DNA of 35,056 nt from an uncultured Desulfobacter sp. (GCA_964608375.1 CAZSON010000004.1:1-35056); one strand, 5' to 3'; shown: positions 9,177-19,530, numbered from the stretch's first letter. Numbers and translations: made by a program. The notes: generated by a model from the letters alone, not told the origin.

Positions 9177-9858
9177 ACTTGAAAAAAAACTTGGATATAA
9201 ATTCAGAGATAAACATTATATTTTTGAAGCATTTTGTCACCGTTCTTTTGTCAATGAGCAGTTTGATCCGAGTCTGAAGGACAATGAGCGCATCGAATTT
9301 TTAGGTGATGCGGTCTTAAACCTTGTCATCGGACATATGCTGATGCAATACTATCCGGACCTAAAGGAAGGGAGCCTCTCCAGACTCCGCTCAAACCTGG
9401 TCAATGAATCCCAGTTCGCCGGAGTTTCCAGAGCTTTAGATCTCGGTTCGTATATTCAACTCGGAAAAGGAGAGTTTCAAAGCGATGGATGGAAAAAAAA
9501 ATCTATTTTAGCTGATACTTTTGAAGCGGTAATCGCCGCCGTTTACCTCGATGGTGGTTTTGACGCCGCATTCAATGTCATTGAAAAGCATTTTTCATCT
9601 CTTCTTTGCAACATAACGGATTCAGATGCGAACAATGATTACAAGAGCCTGCTCCAGGAACTTGTTCAGGGAACAGATAGGACCACACCGCGCTATACCG
9701 TCATTCAGGAGAGCGGGCCCGATCATGACAAAACCTTCCGTGTTCAACTCAATGTTCTTAAATTGCTGACCGAGGGAGCTGGTAAAACTAAAAAGAGAGC
9801 GGAACAGGATGCCGCTAAAAAGGCGCTCGAACTCTTAAAATCTGATGTTAAAATCTGA
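9154..9858 (+). CDS. rnc: Ribonuclease III
   Basis: 234 aa. NERIEFLGDAVL signature and a C-terminal dsRBD (GPDHDKTFRV ... KKRAEQDAAKKAL). Confidence 0.93.
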   Translation: MRPIDFSKLEKKLGYKFRDKHYIFEAFCHRSFVNEQFDPSLKDNERIEFLGDAVLNLVIGHMLMQYYPDLKEGSLSRLRSNLVNESQFAGVSRALDLGSYIQLGKGEFQSDGWKKKSILADTFEAVIAAVYLDGGFDAAFNVIEKHFSSLLCNITDSDANNDYKSLLQELVQGTDRTTPRYTVIQESGPDHDKTFRVQLNVLKLLTEGAGKTKKRAEQDAAKKALELLKSDVKI

Positions 9859-10957
9859 TTTTCCGTCAATGGATCGAGTACATCAAATCCAAAAAGCCGA
9901 CCTTCCACGGCCTTTATCGAACAAACGACCCTTCATCATTCCTTTTTTTCTTCCACACACCGGTTGTCCTCATCGATGTGTCTTTTGTAATCAGAAAGCT
10001 GTGACCGGTGCCCAACAGAATGGTTTTTCACCGGAACAGTTTCGATCCCAGGTTAGACGCTTTCTTGCCTTTAGAGGGGAACAAAGGGATAGAAGGCAGA
10101 TTGCGTTTTATGGCGGAAATTTTTTGGGTCAAAAAAAAAATCAGATAACATCTCTGCTTGATGAAGCTTCAAAATTTGTCTTTGAAGGGTCTGTTGACAG
10201 CTTAAGGTTTTCCACACGTCCGGATACAATAAGTGCTGAATCGCTCGATATGATAAAAGATTATCCGGTTGCCACGATCGAAATTGGCGCTCAATCCATG
10301 GATGACCGGGTCCTGGAATTGTCAGAGCGCGGCCACACCTCTTTGGATACCCAAAAAGCGGTTCAACTGTTGACGTATCGAAAGTATGAAATTGGCCTTC
10401 AAATCATGTTGGGGTTGCCGGGTGATGATGAAATCAGATCCTTTTCAACAGCTGAAAAAGTCGTCGATCTTTTTCCTGACTTTGTCAGAATCTATCCAAC
10501 TGTGGTTCTGAAAGAGAGTCTTCTCGCCAAATGGTATCTGCAAGGAAGCTATACCCCTTTAACGCTAAGATCAGCAGTCACTCTTGCAAAAAAGATTTTC
10601 CTTTTTTTCGCCCGCAAACAAATCCAGGTGATTCGCATGGGGTTGCAGGCATCGGATCAGTTGAAAATTGGGAGAGCCATCCTGGCCGGACCCTTTCATT
10701 CGGCATTCGGCCAGCTGGTCCATTCTGAGATTTTTCTGGATCGGATCTTATCCCATTTAAATCACAGAAGATCCGGGGTCGATGTGATCCGCATCAAACT
10801 ACACCCAAGCAACATTTCAAATCTAAGAGGTCTTAACAACCATAACATCAAACAACTCAAAAAAATATTTCGGTTAACAACAGTTCAAATTATCTCTGAT
10901 TCCAAATGCCCGCTGGACCGGATGGTCATAGATGGTGTTTCTATCCCCGTTCCATAG
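9845..10957 (+). CDS. Radical SAM protein (ELP3-like core, no acetyltransferase domain)
   Basis: 370 aa. FFLPHTGCPHRCVFCNQ (CxxxCxxC) cluster motif. An alternative start exists at ATG 9869. Confidence 0.75.
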   Translation: MLKSDFPSMDRVHQIQKADLPRPLSNKRPFIIPFFLPHTGCPHRCVFCNQKAVTGAQQNGFSPEQFRSQVRRFLAFRGEQRDRRQIAFYGGNFLGQKKNQITSLLDEASKFVFEGSVDSLRFSTRPDTISAESLDMIKDYPVATIEIGAQSMDDRVLELSERGHTSLDTQKAVQLLTYRKYEIGLQIMLGLPGDDEIRSFSTAEKVVDLFPDFVRIYPTVVLKESLLAKWYLQGSYTPLTLRSAVTLAKKIFLFFARKQIQVIRMGLQASDQLKIGRAILAGPFHSAFGQLVHSEIFLDRILSHLNHRRSGVDVIRIKLHPSNISNLRGLNNHNIKQLKKIFRLTTVQIISDSKCPLDRMVIDGVSIPVP

Positions 10958-11157
10958 TAAATAAACGGTTATCGCTGTGCTATGGTATAAGATGTAAACA
11001 TTGAAAAGATCTTGCATACCGGCTGCTCAAGCGCTGCCAATGAATATCATAGGGATAGAAGATATTATAGACAGTACTCTTTGAAAAGCGTATAGGAGTA
11101 TGCGGTTTCCATAAGGACATTTGGCTGATGAAATAAAATGAAATAAGGCGGGCGTGA

Positions 11158-11724
11158 ATGGGTTACCATTTATTCTGGAGTGAGGGTATCGGTAAAATCA
11201 GGTTTGAACGAAGCAGAAAAGCCAAGCGGATCAATATTTCTGTAAGACCTTTTAAAGGAGTTCGAGTTGCAGTGCCATACAGGGTTTCTTATGACAAAGC
11301 CAAAGCATTTGCCGTCTCCAAAAAGAAGTGGATAAAAAAAAATGTGGACAAAATGAGAGAAATGGAAAAAACTTTTAAAACCCTTTCTCAGAATTTCAAT
11401 GACATCAATCAACAGGAGGCCGAAAAGATTCTTGCTCAAAAATTGGAGAACTTGGCTAAAAGGCATGGCCTCAAATATAACCGTCTATTTGTCAGAAATC
11501 AAAAAACGCGTTGGGGAAGTTGCTCACTAAAAAATAATATCAACCTCAATATGAAACTGGTAAGATTGCCTGAAATATTGATGGATTATGTTATTCTACA
11601 CGAACTTGTTCATACGCGAGTTAAAAATCACGGCTTGAAATTTTATATTGAGATGGATCGTCTTGTCAGTAATAGAAAATCCTTGGATAAAGAGTTGAAA
11701 GGCTATGGCCTGGGGCTGATATGA
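11158..11724 (+). CDS. YgjP/DUF45-type (M48-like) zinc metallohydrolase
   Basis: 188 aa. TRWGSCS motif followed by ILHELVHTRVKNH (HExxH), as in YgjP-like proteins. Confidence 0.7.
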   Translation: MGYHLFWSEGIGKIRFERSRKAKRINISVRPFKGVRVAVPYRVSYDKAKAFAVSKKKWIKKNVDKMREMEKTFKTLSQNFNDINQQEAEKILAQKLENLAKRHGLKYNRLFVRNQKTRWGSCSLKNNINLNMKLVRLPEILMDYVILHELVHTRVKNHGLKFYIEMDRLVSNRKSLDKELKGYGLGLI

Positions 11725-11744
11725 CTGTTTTTGGGGATACAACA

Positions 11745-12806
11745 CTAGTCTGTTCCTGCCAGCCGATGAAGTTCACCAAGGAGGTCCTCATGGGTGAGTG
11801 TGTTGGCCCGGGCCAGGAGTTCTGCCAAATCTTCCTGCAGTTGCAGTTCAACCGGTCGGCGGGGGGTGGCGATAGCTTGATTGGGTCGGCGGTTAAAATT
11901 AAGGTTTAACACATCCCAGCGCGCATAGTGCCCGGTACAGTCAATAAAGGCTTTAGCCTTGATGATATGATCCATTTTCAATTTTGCATAGACAATCCCC
12001 TCCCGATCCAGAAGCGGTTCGGCCACCAAATGCCCCAAGGGGCTTACTACAGTAGTCCCGCCCCGGCTCCGGCAGTCCATTTCATCTTTGAACTCAAAAT
12101 CTTCAGGGATCATGTCAGGATGAATCCAGCCACATGCACAGACCACAAAGCACTGACCCTCGAAGGCATACTGGCGGCAAGCCGTGTGCACGATATCGAT
12201 ATTGTCATAGTCCGGATTTCCGGGCCATCCCGGCCAGACCGCACAATGGATCTGCTCTCCCTGGGCATAGAGCGCATATTTAGAGAGAGTCATGTGATGT
12301 TCATAGCAGATAAGCCCACCCAGTTTACCCAATGAAGTTGGATATACGTTCAAGCCTGACCCGTCTCCAAATCCCCAATAAAGACGTTCGTGGTGGGTTG
12401 GCATCAGTTTGCGGTGCTTGCCCAAAATACGTCCCTCCGGATCGAAGAACAGCAGTGTATTGTAAAGAGTCCCACCGTATACCCGGTCACGCTCGTTTAA
12501 CCCCATGACCAAATATGCACCGGCGTTTCGGGTTGCTTGTCCTAGAATATCGGTATCAGGGCCGGGAATTTCGACCGAGTTTTTAAACAACTTGGTAAAT
12601 GTACGGGCCCAGGGTGGGCCTTCGGGATGATAATTGCTCCAGTAAGGGAACGCTGGGATAAAGGTTTCAGGAAACACAATGAGTTTTGCACCGTTCGCGC
12701 CTGCTTCGGCAATTAGCCTGCAGGCTTTTTCGATGGTAGCGTCTTTGTCGAGAAAAACCGGAGCAGCTTGGACAGCGGCAACAGGTATGATGGCCTGGTC
12801 TTTCAT
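11745..12806 (-). CDS. Nitrilase (carbon-nitrogen hydrolase superfamily, branch 1)
   Basis: 353 aa. Catalytic triad contexts are FPETFIP (Glu), HRKLMPT (Lys) and LICYEH (Cys, CWEH-like). Long C-terminal tail as in nitrilases and cyanide hydratases. AAGGAGGA RBS. Confidence 0.85.
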   Translation of the reverse strand: MKDQAIIPVAAVQAAPVFLDKDATIEKACRLIAEAGANGAKLIVFPETFIPAFPYWSNYHPEGPPWARTFTKLFKNSVEIPGPDTDILGQATRNAGAYLVMGLNERDRVYGGTLYNTLLFFDPEGRILGKHRKLMPTHHERLYWGFGDGSGLNVYPTSLGKLGGLICYEHHMTLSKYALYAQGEQIHCAVWPGWPGNPDYDNIDIVHTACRQYAFEGQCFVVCACGWIHPDMIPEDFEFKDEMDCRSRGGTTVVSPLGHLVAEPLLDREGIVYAKLKMDHIIKAKAFIDCTGHYARWDVLNLNFNRRPNQAIATPRRPVELQLQEDLAELLARANTLTHEDLLGELHRLAGTD

Positions 12807-12833
12807 TTATTTTTCCTCCTTTCTTTCATAATG

Positions 12834-14369
12834 TTAAAAATCTACAATATTCATTTTATCATTTCGTCCCACAATCTTTCCTTTGGCGCCTATCCACTCC
12901 TTCTGCATCATGGTATACAGTATATCTTTATTGCCTTTTGGTGTTTGGGCCAAAGCCCGTTTGCCGGATTTAGTCCGGCCGATCAAAATACCTGCTTCAG
13001 GTTCCCCCTGGCGGTTAAACCATACGGTATAACTGTCAACCAGAAAACTTCCTGAAGGCGCTTTATCAATTTTCAGGCTTTTCGGGAGAGATAATCGCGC
13101 TTGAAATAAAGCAGAAGGAGTGCGATCCCATTTTTTTGAGGGTTTTCGGCAGCTGTAAATCCCTGCGGAATGCTTTGTGCAATACCAACCATTAGAAGTT
13201 ATTAAACCGAAATTTTCAGGTTCAAGTCGACAACGATTGACCGCTTCAGCGATCGAATGCATCGCATAATTACTCCCAGGGCCTCCAAAATAAGGTAATC
13301 CCCCCGTGAGGGTCATCGGCCTTGGATCAGTATTTTTAATTCCCAAAACAAGACGATATAAACGGGGCATGCAGGGAAAGCAGCTGTAAAAATCAAAAAA
13401 ACTGATATCTTCCAGTGTTATTTGAGCCTGGCCTAACGTGTCGATCACGCTGGCTTTAATGGCCGGAGAATCGGCTATATCTTTTCGTTCACTGAAAAAC
13501 CAGGTGTCTGTAGCATCTTGTCCGCCATGGAGGTAAACCCATTTTTCTTTTGGAATGCCGAATTTCCGGGCGGTATGCGTAGTGGTAATAATAAGTGCGG
13601 CTGCTTGATCAACATATAGATTGGCATTCAATAATTTGGTATAGGGAAAAGAGATCATCCGGTTTTGGGGTGACGGGGTGATGACCTGGGTAGCTGTATA
13701 TAGATTTCTCGACCATGCAAAAGGGTTTTTTGCCGCAACTGCACTGAAGGTTTTGCCAAATTTGCCCAGATTTTCCATCTGTTGTTCGATTGTAAGACCT
13801 TCCTTAGCACGTAGCGCATTTTCGATTAGAGGATAAATTCGAACCGGCATATCCATAAAATGATCCAATTCATCCATATTGTTGCCGAATCTTTTGTTTC
13901 CGATAAGGACTCCTTCCGAGTCGTCCCCTATCGGCGTGATGTCCTCAAAATTGTCACGAAAACCCTCCAGGGGCTTGCCGGTAGCTAATGCAGATTTAAC
14001 AGAGTGCGTAACTTCACATCCGGCAAGGATCGATACCTCATTTTTCCCGGAAACAAGATTGTCCGCCACCCGGTTCACCAGCCATTGAGGAGTGTCACCG
14101 CCAATGGTGGTATATTCTTTTAAAGGCGGGTTGATATCAAGTAGTTCGGCCAGCAGGCGAGGGGCTTTACGGTAATTCCATGTGAACATATTCACCACAT
14201 GCAACGCGTCAGCCGTACCGATCAGTTTTTTGCAACCCGCATCTTCAGCTGCTCGTTTCACGACTGTTTTCATCCCTTGCAGCGGATGTAAAAAATCCTT
14301 TGCATTTTTTGATTTATGAGTCAGTTGCCCAACTCCCACAATAATCGGATCCCGGTTATTCATGATCAC
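12834..14369 (-). CDS. Thiolase-like protein with an extra C-terminal beta-rich domain (TLP1-type, probably not a true thiolase)
   Basis: 511 aa. SCP2-thiolase-like layout (VGVGQ N-terminus, DFYSCFP, TGGLPYFGGPG) with degenerate catalytic fingerprints. About 110 extra C-terminal aa with an OB/beta-barrel-like pattern. Confidence 0.6.
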   Translation of the reverse strand: MIMNNRDPIIVGVGQLTHKSKNAKDFLHPLQGMKTVVKRAAEDAGCKKLIGTADALHVVNMFTWNYRKAPRLLAELLDINPPLKEYTTIGGDTPQWLVNRVADNLVSGKNEVSILAGCEVTHSVKSALATGKPLEGFRDNFEDITPIGDDSEGVLIGNKRFGNNMDELDHFMDMPVRIYPLIENALRAKEGLTIEQQMENLGKFGKTFSAVAAKNPFAWSRNLYTATQVITPSPQNRMISFPYTKLLNANLYVDQAAALIITTTHTARKFGIPKEKWVYLHGGQDATDTWFFSERKDIADSPAIKASVIDTLGQAQITLEDISFFDFYSCFPCMPRLYRLVLGIKNTDPRPMTLTGGLPYFGGPGSNYAMHSIAEAVNRCRLEPENFGLITSNGWYCTKHSAGIYSCRKPSKKWDRTPSALFQARLSLPKSLKIDKAPSGSFLVDSYTVWFNRQGEPEAGILIGRTKSGKRALAQTPKGNKDILYTMMQKEWIGAKGKIVGRNDKMNIVDF

Positions 14370-14405
14370 CTGTCATTTGAGTAAAAAAAATTAGAATAAA
14401 TCGAA

Positions 14406-15161
14406 TTATCGAAGACAGAACAATTTGCCGCATCGATCCTGCATGGCCACATCTATTTTTGTTTCAGAAAGATTTATTGCCTCACCAACAACGCTTAGAG
14501 CTTTTTCCGGGGTATTGTTTATTTCGCTTAGGTGGGCTAAAATGACATGTTTCAGTCGGGAATGTTTGATTTTCATGATCAATTTTTTTGAATCTTCGTT
14601 GGAAAGATGACCGGTTCTGCTTTTTATTCGTTGTTTAATCGGCCAGGGATAGGGTCCATTGACCAGCATGTCAGGGTCATGATTCGCTTCAAGAATTAGT
14701 AAGGAACAGCCCTTTAGATGCTCAATGGCCATGGAAGTCGCGATGCCGAGGTCGGTTGCAATACCGATTTTAGCCCCGTCTTGTGTTATGGTAAATCCTG
14801 CAGGGTCTGCGGCATCATGGGATACTGAAAAAGGATGGATTTTTAGCGTTTTTAGCATAAACGTGGTTCCACACTCAAAATTTACCATATCACGAATATA
14901 TCCGATCTTGGAGGGAATCCCCATGCCGGTTTTTCGACTGATGTAAACCGGCAGAGAAAACCGGCGGGAAAGGATGCCAACCCCATGAATATGGTCTGCA
15001 TGTTCATGGGTCACTAGGACGGCATCCAGTTCTGACGGGTTCAGGCCCCTCGATTTAAGCCTCCTTTCAATTTCAACCCCTGAGAGACCTGAATCAACAA
15101 GGATTGACGTTGAATTGTCGGAAATATAAATGGCATTCCCTTTGCTCCCGCTGGCCAACAT
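14406..15161 (-). CDS. MBL-fold metallo-hydrolase (YycJ-like)
   Basis: LASGSKGNAIYI N-terminus, THEHADHIHG (HxHxDH), and a late AHLS. Start is uncertain. ATG 15161 avoids overlap with dut, whereas the maximal ORF (15278) or ATG 15263 would overlap the dut 3' end. Confidence 0.75.
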   Translation of the reverse strand: MLASGSKGNAIYISDNSTSILVDSGLSGVEIERRLKSRGLNPSELDAVLVTHEHADHIHGVGILSRRFSLPVYISRKTGMGIPSKIGYIRDMVNFECGTTFMLKTLKIHPFSVSHDAADPAGFTITQDGAKIGIATDLGIATSMAIEHLKGCSLLILEANHDPDMLVNGPYPWPIKQRIKSRTGHLSNEDSKKLIMKIKHSRLKHVILAHLSEINNTPEKALSVVGEAINLSETKIDVAMQDRCGKLFCLR

Positions 15162-15216
15162 ACATACAAAAAGCTTAATATCGGGATTTTGCCGAGAATT
15201 TTGTGGCCGAGCCGTT

Positions 15217-15675
15217 CTATTTTCCTGTATGCCCGAACCCGCCGCCACTGCGAACTGTTTCATCGAGTCGCTCCACAATTTTTAATCTGGCCTGAAAGAC
15301 CCTTTGAATCACCATCTGAGCAATCCTGTCACCCCGGTGAAATGTATAGCGCTCTTTACCGAGGTTGATCATCGCAACCTTAATCTCGCCTCGATAATCC
15401 GCATCTATGGTCCCGGGCGAATTTATCAGACCGATACCGTGTTTTACCGCCAAGCCGCTTCTTGGACGGATCTGAGCTTCAAATCCCTTGGGAATGGCAA
15501 TGGCAAATCCCGAGGGCATCAAAAAAATCTCTCCAGGCGCAAGACTGATCTCTTTTTCGATGGCAGCATAAATATCCATTCCAGCTGCTTGTTCTGTCAT
15601 GTAGCTTGGAAGTGGAATGTCTTTATCGAATTCCGGTCTCAAACGGAAAAATTTAACTGTAGGGGTTTTTTCCAT
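15217..15675 (-). CDS. dut: dUTP diphosphatase
   Basis: 152 aa. Motifs [31 protein letters not shown] and a C-terminal [10 protein letters not shown]. Confidence 0.92.
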   Translation of the reverse strand: MEKTPTVKFFRLRPEFDKDIPLPSYMTEQAAGMDIYAAIEKEISLAPGEIFLMPSGFAIAIPKGFEAQIRPRSGLAVKHGIGLINSPGTIDADYRGEIKVAMINLGKERYTFHRGDRIAQMVIQRVFQARLKIVERLDETVRSGGGFGHTGK

Positions 15676-15772
15676 AATCGGCAGGGTATTTTGATTTTTC
15701 CTTTGGACAGTTACACGAAAATGGGGGTGGCGATTTTGCCACGCGATTTATGCAGCTAAAAGGTAAAACGAA

Positions 15773-17044
15773 CTAAAGGAACAGGACATCTTCAAATGAT
15801 TTTTTATCGGAAATCGGCCCGAGCATCGTCAGGGCAAGCTGTTCGGATTGGAAAAGATATCGCGCCAAATCGATGATTTCGTCGGCGCTGACCGCTTCGA
15901 TTTCATCTATTACCGATTTTAACGGTATTTGACGGCCGAAATGAATTTCGTTTTGTGCCAAACGAACCATCTGGTTATCTACGCTCTCAGATGCAAGCAG
16001 AAGGCCCCCTTTGGTATACTCCTTTGCATTGTTCAAATCGGTTGGGTCGACCCGAATCTTTTTCAGCTTTCGCATTTCCCTTAAAATCAGTCCTGTCGAT
16101 TTGAGGGATGTTTTGGGGTCTACGGCGATATAGACACCGAACATTCCGGTATCCACATGGGATGATAAAAAGGAATAGATGGCATAGGCAAGGCCCCGTC
16201 GCTCGCGTATTTCCTGAAATAGCCTTGAACTCATATTCCCGCCGAGAATGGTATTTAAGAGTGAAAATGCATACCGCTTGGGGTCGGCTATGGCTAAACC
16301 CTTTGTTCCAATACAGACATGAACCTGCTCGAGTTTTCTATGATGAAGATGAACGTCAAAGCGACCGATTGGGGTGATCCGTTCGGGAAAGCTGTTACTG
16401 GGTTGAATCGACTCGAAAGCCTTCCTGATAAGGTTTGCAAAAGCATCGTGCGATAGATTGCCGGCAGCCGATATGACGATTCGTTCCGGCTGGTAGAACC
16501 GTTGGAAGAACTTTTTGAGGGTTTTCGCATTGAAACGGGCAATGTTCTCACGGCTTCCAATGATCGAACGACCTAAAGGGTTCTCGCCCCAAAAAGCATT
16601 TCCGGAAAGAACATGGATGTAGTCTTCAGGGTTATCTTCGATCATCCCTATCTCCTGAAATATGACCGGCCGTTCCTTTTCAAACTCTTCAGGATCGAAT
16701 ACTGAATTTAAAAAAATATCAGAGAGGATATCGATCATCGTGGTGAGATGGGTGTCCATCACCTTTGCGTGATAGCACGTATTCTCCATTGACGTAAAGG
16801 CGTTGCTATTACCGCCGATGGCATCAAATTCTTTGGCAATCTGATAGGATGACCTTCTTTTTGTCCCTTTAAAAATCATGTGCTCAAGGAAATGGGAAAG
16901 CCCGTTTTCATCCGGGGTTTCATCCCGGGCTCCAACATTGACCCAGACCCCCATTGAAATGCTGTGGACATGGGGTATCCTGTTTGTCAAAACCCGGATG
17001 CCGTTATCAAGAACAGTTTTATTTATCTTCGATGCTATTTTCAT
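15773..17044 (-). CDS. M16-family (pitrilysin-like) zinc peptidase
   Basis: [11 protein letters not shown] (HxxEH) inverted zinc motif. ATG at 17044, with a TTG alternative at 17056. Either start overlaps the 3' end of pnp. Confidence 0.85.
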   Translation of the reverse strand: MKIASKINKTVLDNGIRVLTNRIPHVHSISMGVWVNVGARDETPDENGLSHFLEHMIFKGTKRRSSYQIAKEFDAIGGNSNAFTSMENTCYHAKVMDTHLTTMIDILSDIFLNSVFDPEEFEKERPVIFQEIGMIEDNPEDYIHVLSGNAFWGENPLGRSIIGSRENIARFNAKTLKKFFQRFYQPERIVISAAGNLSHDAFANLIRKAFESIQPSNSFPERITPIGRFDVHLHHRKLEQVHVCIGTKGLAIADPKRYAFSLLNTILGGNMSSRLFQEIRERRGLAYAIYSFLSSHVDTGMFGVYIAVDPKTSLKSTGLILREMRKLKKIRVDPTDLNNAKEYTKGGLLLASESVDNQMVRLAQNEIHFGRQIPLKSVIDEIEAVSADEIIDLARYLFQSEQLALTMLGPISDKKSFEDVLFL

Positions 17045-19127
17045 CTTTTTCAGCAAGCACAGCCTTTCGGCTCAAACGGATTTTTCCCTCGCGGGATACC
17101 TCGAGAACCTTGACTTTTACCTTTTCGCCTTCCCTGACAATATCGGTTACCTTTTTAACGTGGTGATTGGCGAGTTGTGAGATATGAACAAGACCGTCTG
17201 TACCGGGTAGTATTTCCACAAAGGCCCCAAAGTCCATGATTTTCACGACTGTTCCTTCGTAAATAGCTCCCACTTCCGGCTCGGCAACGATCTCTTTTAT
17301 GCGTCTCAGGATATCGTCACCCTCTTCTTTGGAAAAGGCTGCGATTTTAACAAGTCCGGAATCATCAATCTCTATGCGGGTATTGGTTTCATTTTGGAGA
17401 GCCCGAATTATTTTTCCTCCAGGCCCGATGACCTCCCGAATCTTATCCGGATTAATATTGATAGTGATTACTTTAGGCGCATAAGGAGAAATTTCCTTTC
17501 GAGGTTCGTTCAACGCTTCCATCATTTTATCCAGTATAAAAAGCCGTCCGACACGGGCCTGCTCCAGGGCTTTTTCAATGATGGCTCTTGAAAGTTCATG
17601 AATTTTAATATCCATCTGAAGCGCAGTTATGCCTTCCCGGGTGCCGGCAACCTTAAAATCCATATCACCCATATGATCCTCGTCGCCGAGGATGTCAGAC
17701 AGAATAACCACCTGATCCCCCTCCTTTACAAGCCCCATCGCAATACCCGATACCGGTGCTTTCAGCGGCACGCCTCCGTCCATAAGGGCCAAGCTTGCGG
17801 AACAGACGGTGCCCATCGATGAAGAGCCATTGGATTCCATTACTTCTGAAACAATACGGATGGTATAGTCAAACGCCTCCTTTGAAGGTAATACCTTTTC
17901 AATGGCTCTGGTCGATAGACCGCCATGTCCGATATCTCTGCGACTCGGTCCCATCATACGCTTCACCTCACCCACCGAATACGGCGGAAAATTGTAATGG
18001 AGCATAAACGGCCTGAATTCTTCTCCAATTAAAGTTTCGACCCGCTGTTCGTCCGGTCCTGAACCGAGTGTCAGAACCCCGAGAACTTGGGTCTCTCCCC
18101 GGGTAAAAAGGGCGCTGCCGTGGGGTCTAGGCAGAAGACCGACTTCACAGGTTATCGGCCTTATTTCATCGGGTTTTCGGTTATCGATACGACGGTTTTC
18201 GTTCAGAATAAGATCTCTGCAGATCCTTTTCTTGATGTCGTCAATGATCTCATTGACCTCAGTCCTGCGCTCTGAAAAATCTTCCCCGAGTTTTTCCATC
18301 AGCTCAGATTTCAACAATTGAAAACCGGCGTTTCGACTGATTTTATCCGGGATCAAGATGGTTTCATGAATGCGTTGTGCCGATTCGTTCTCGATCCTTT
18401 GTGCTAGGTTTTCATCTCTTTCAGGTGGCACAAATGAACGTTTCGGCTTTCGGGCCGATTCCTGAAGTTCCATCTGTAAATCGATGACCGGCTGCATCTC
18501 CTGATGACCATAAAAGATCGCTTCTAGCATCTCAATCTCACTAACAATGTTGCCACCCCCTTCCACCATAACAACACCGGTCTTGGTACCGGTAACGATG
18601 ATGTTGAGGTCCGAAATTTCGTATTCGCCGATGGTCGGATTTATTTTTAATTTCCCGTCAATACGACCCACCCGTACGCTGGCAATCGGTCCTGCAAACG
18701 GAATGTCGGAAATCTGGAGCGCTGCAGAGGCTCCAATCATCGCCAACGTATCCGGATCGTTTTCCTGATCCATCGAGAGGACAGTCGCGATTACCTGTGT
18801 TTCATATCCGTATTTTTTAGGAAATAGCGGCCGGATTGGGCGGTCGATCAAACGGGCAGTTAATGTTTCTTTTTCACTTGGTCTTCCAATCTCGCGCCTG
18901 AAATAATTACCGGGTATACGCCCGGCTGCATATATTTTTTCCTGATATTCAACCGTAAGAGGTAAAAAATCTATACCGGCTCTTACTTCGTTAGATGATA
19001 CAGCGGTGACGAGAACGATACTCTCTCCATATTGGACTACCACCGAACCCGAAGCCTGTTTGGCCACTTTTCCTGTCTGCAGGCTCAATGATCTGCCACC
19101 GATCTCGGTCTTTAATAAAATTTCCAT
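17019..19127 (-). CDS. pnp: Polyribonucleotide nucleotidyltransferase (PNPase)
   Basis: 702 aa with two RNase PH domains plus KH and S1 domains ([30 protein letters not shown]). Confidence 0.97.
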   Translation of the reverse strand: MEILLKTEIGGRSLSLQTGKVAKQASGSVVVQYGESIVLVTAVSSNEVRAGIDFLPLTVEYQEKIYAAGRIPGNYFRREIGRPSEKETLTARLIDRPIRPLFPKKYGYETQVIATVLSMDQENDPDTLAMIGASAALQISDIPFAGPIASVRVGRIDGKLKINPTIGEYEISDLNIIVTGTKTGVVMVEGGGNIVSEIEMLEAIFYGHQEMQPVIDLQMELQESARKPKRSFVPPERDENLAQRIENESAQRIHETILIPDKISRNAGFQLLKSELMEKLGEDFSERRTEVNEIIDDIKKRICRDLILNENRRIDNRKPDEIRPITCEVGLLPRPHGSALFTRGETQVLGVLTLGSGPDEQRVETLIGEEFRPFMLHYNFPPYSVGEVKRMMGPSRRDIGHGGLSTRAIEKVLPSKEAFDYTIRIVSEVMESNGSSSMGTVCSASLALMDGGVPLKAPVSGIAMGLVKEGDQVVILSDILGDEDHMGDMDFKVAGTREGITALQMDIKIHELSRAIIEKALEQARVGRLFILDKMMEALNEPRKEISPYAPKVITININPDKIREVIGPGGKIIRALQNETNTRIEIDDSGLVKIAAFSKEEGDDILRRIKEIVAEPEVGAIYEGTVVKIMDFGAFVEILPGTDGLVHISQLANHHVKKVTDIVREGEKVKVKVLEVSREGKIRLSRKAVLAEKDENSIEDK

Positions 19128-19226
19128 ACAATTCTCCTAAATTAAAATAATAGATTTAAATCACAACCCGAAAGGCGAAAAGGTAACGCTTTTCATTGCA
19201 ATATAATTAAGCTTTCAACAAACTGT

Positions 19227-19496
19227 CTATCGTCTCAGCCCAAGTGTCTCAATGATGGTTCGGTACCGTTTTACGTTATTGTTTTTTACATAATCAAGAA
19301 GCCTTCGCCGCCTGCCGACCAGCATCAATAAACCTCTTCTTGAATGGTGGTCTTTTTTATGAATCTTCAGGTGCTCGGTCAGATAACTGATCCGATGCGT
19401 CAAAAGCCCGATTTGCACTTCAGGTGACCCGGTATCGCTGTCGTGAAGCTTGAATTGATCGATCAGCGCTCTTTTGTTTTCTGATGTCAGAACCAC
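19227..19496 (-). CDS. rpsO: 30S ribosomal protein S15
   Basis: 89 aa. [37 protein letters not shown] motif. GTG start with AGGAGG 9 nt upstream. Confidence 0.95.
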   Translation of the reverse strand: MVLTSENKRALIDQFKLHDSDTGSPEVQIGLLTHRISYLTEHLKIHKKDHHSRRGLLMLVGRRRRLLDYVKNNNVKRYRTIIETLGLRR

Positions 19497-19530
19497 TCTC
19501 TTTTTTCCTCCTAAGCTCTTAAAATTAGGT

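Noticed and set aside
11745-12806. Elevated GC content of the nitrilase gene as evidence for horizontal transfer
   Set aside because: Hand counts of six 60-nt lines in the gene gave 36, 35, 30, 29, 25 and 35 G+C. Neighbouring and core genes gave 25-29 per 60. The difference is modest, is concentrated at the 3' end, and the sample is too small. A proper sliding-window GC and codon-usage analysis is needed.
15304-15759. 151-aa ORF antisense to dut; also 7904-8349 ORFs antisense to the dksA-like gene
   Set aside because: These are shadow ORFs opposite confidently assigned genes, with no recognisable motifs.
19128-19226. rpsO terminator / pnp leader RNase III hairpin
   Set aside because: The only structure found is a 6-bp A/U-rich stem (GAAAAG-CGTTAC-CTTTTC) with no convincing U-tract or long duplex. 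The evidence is too weak to annotate.
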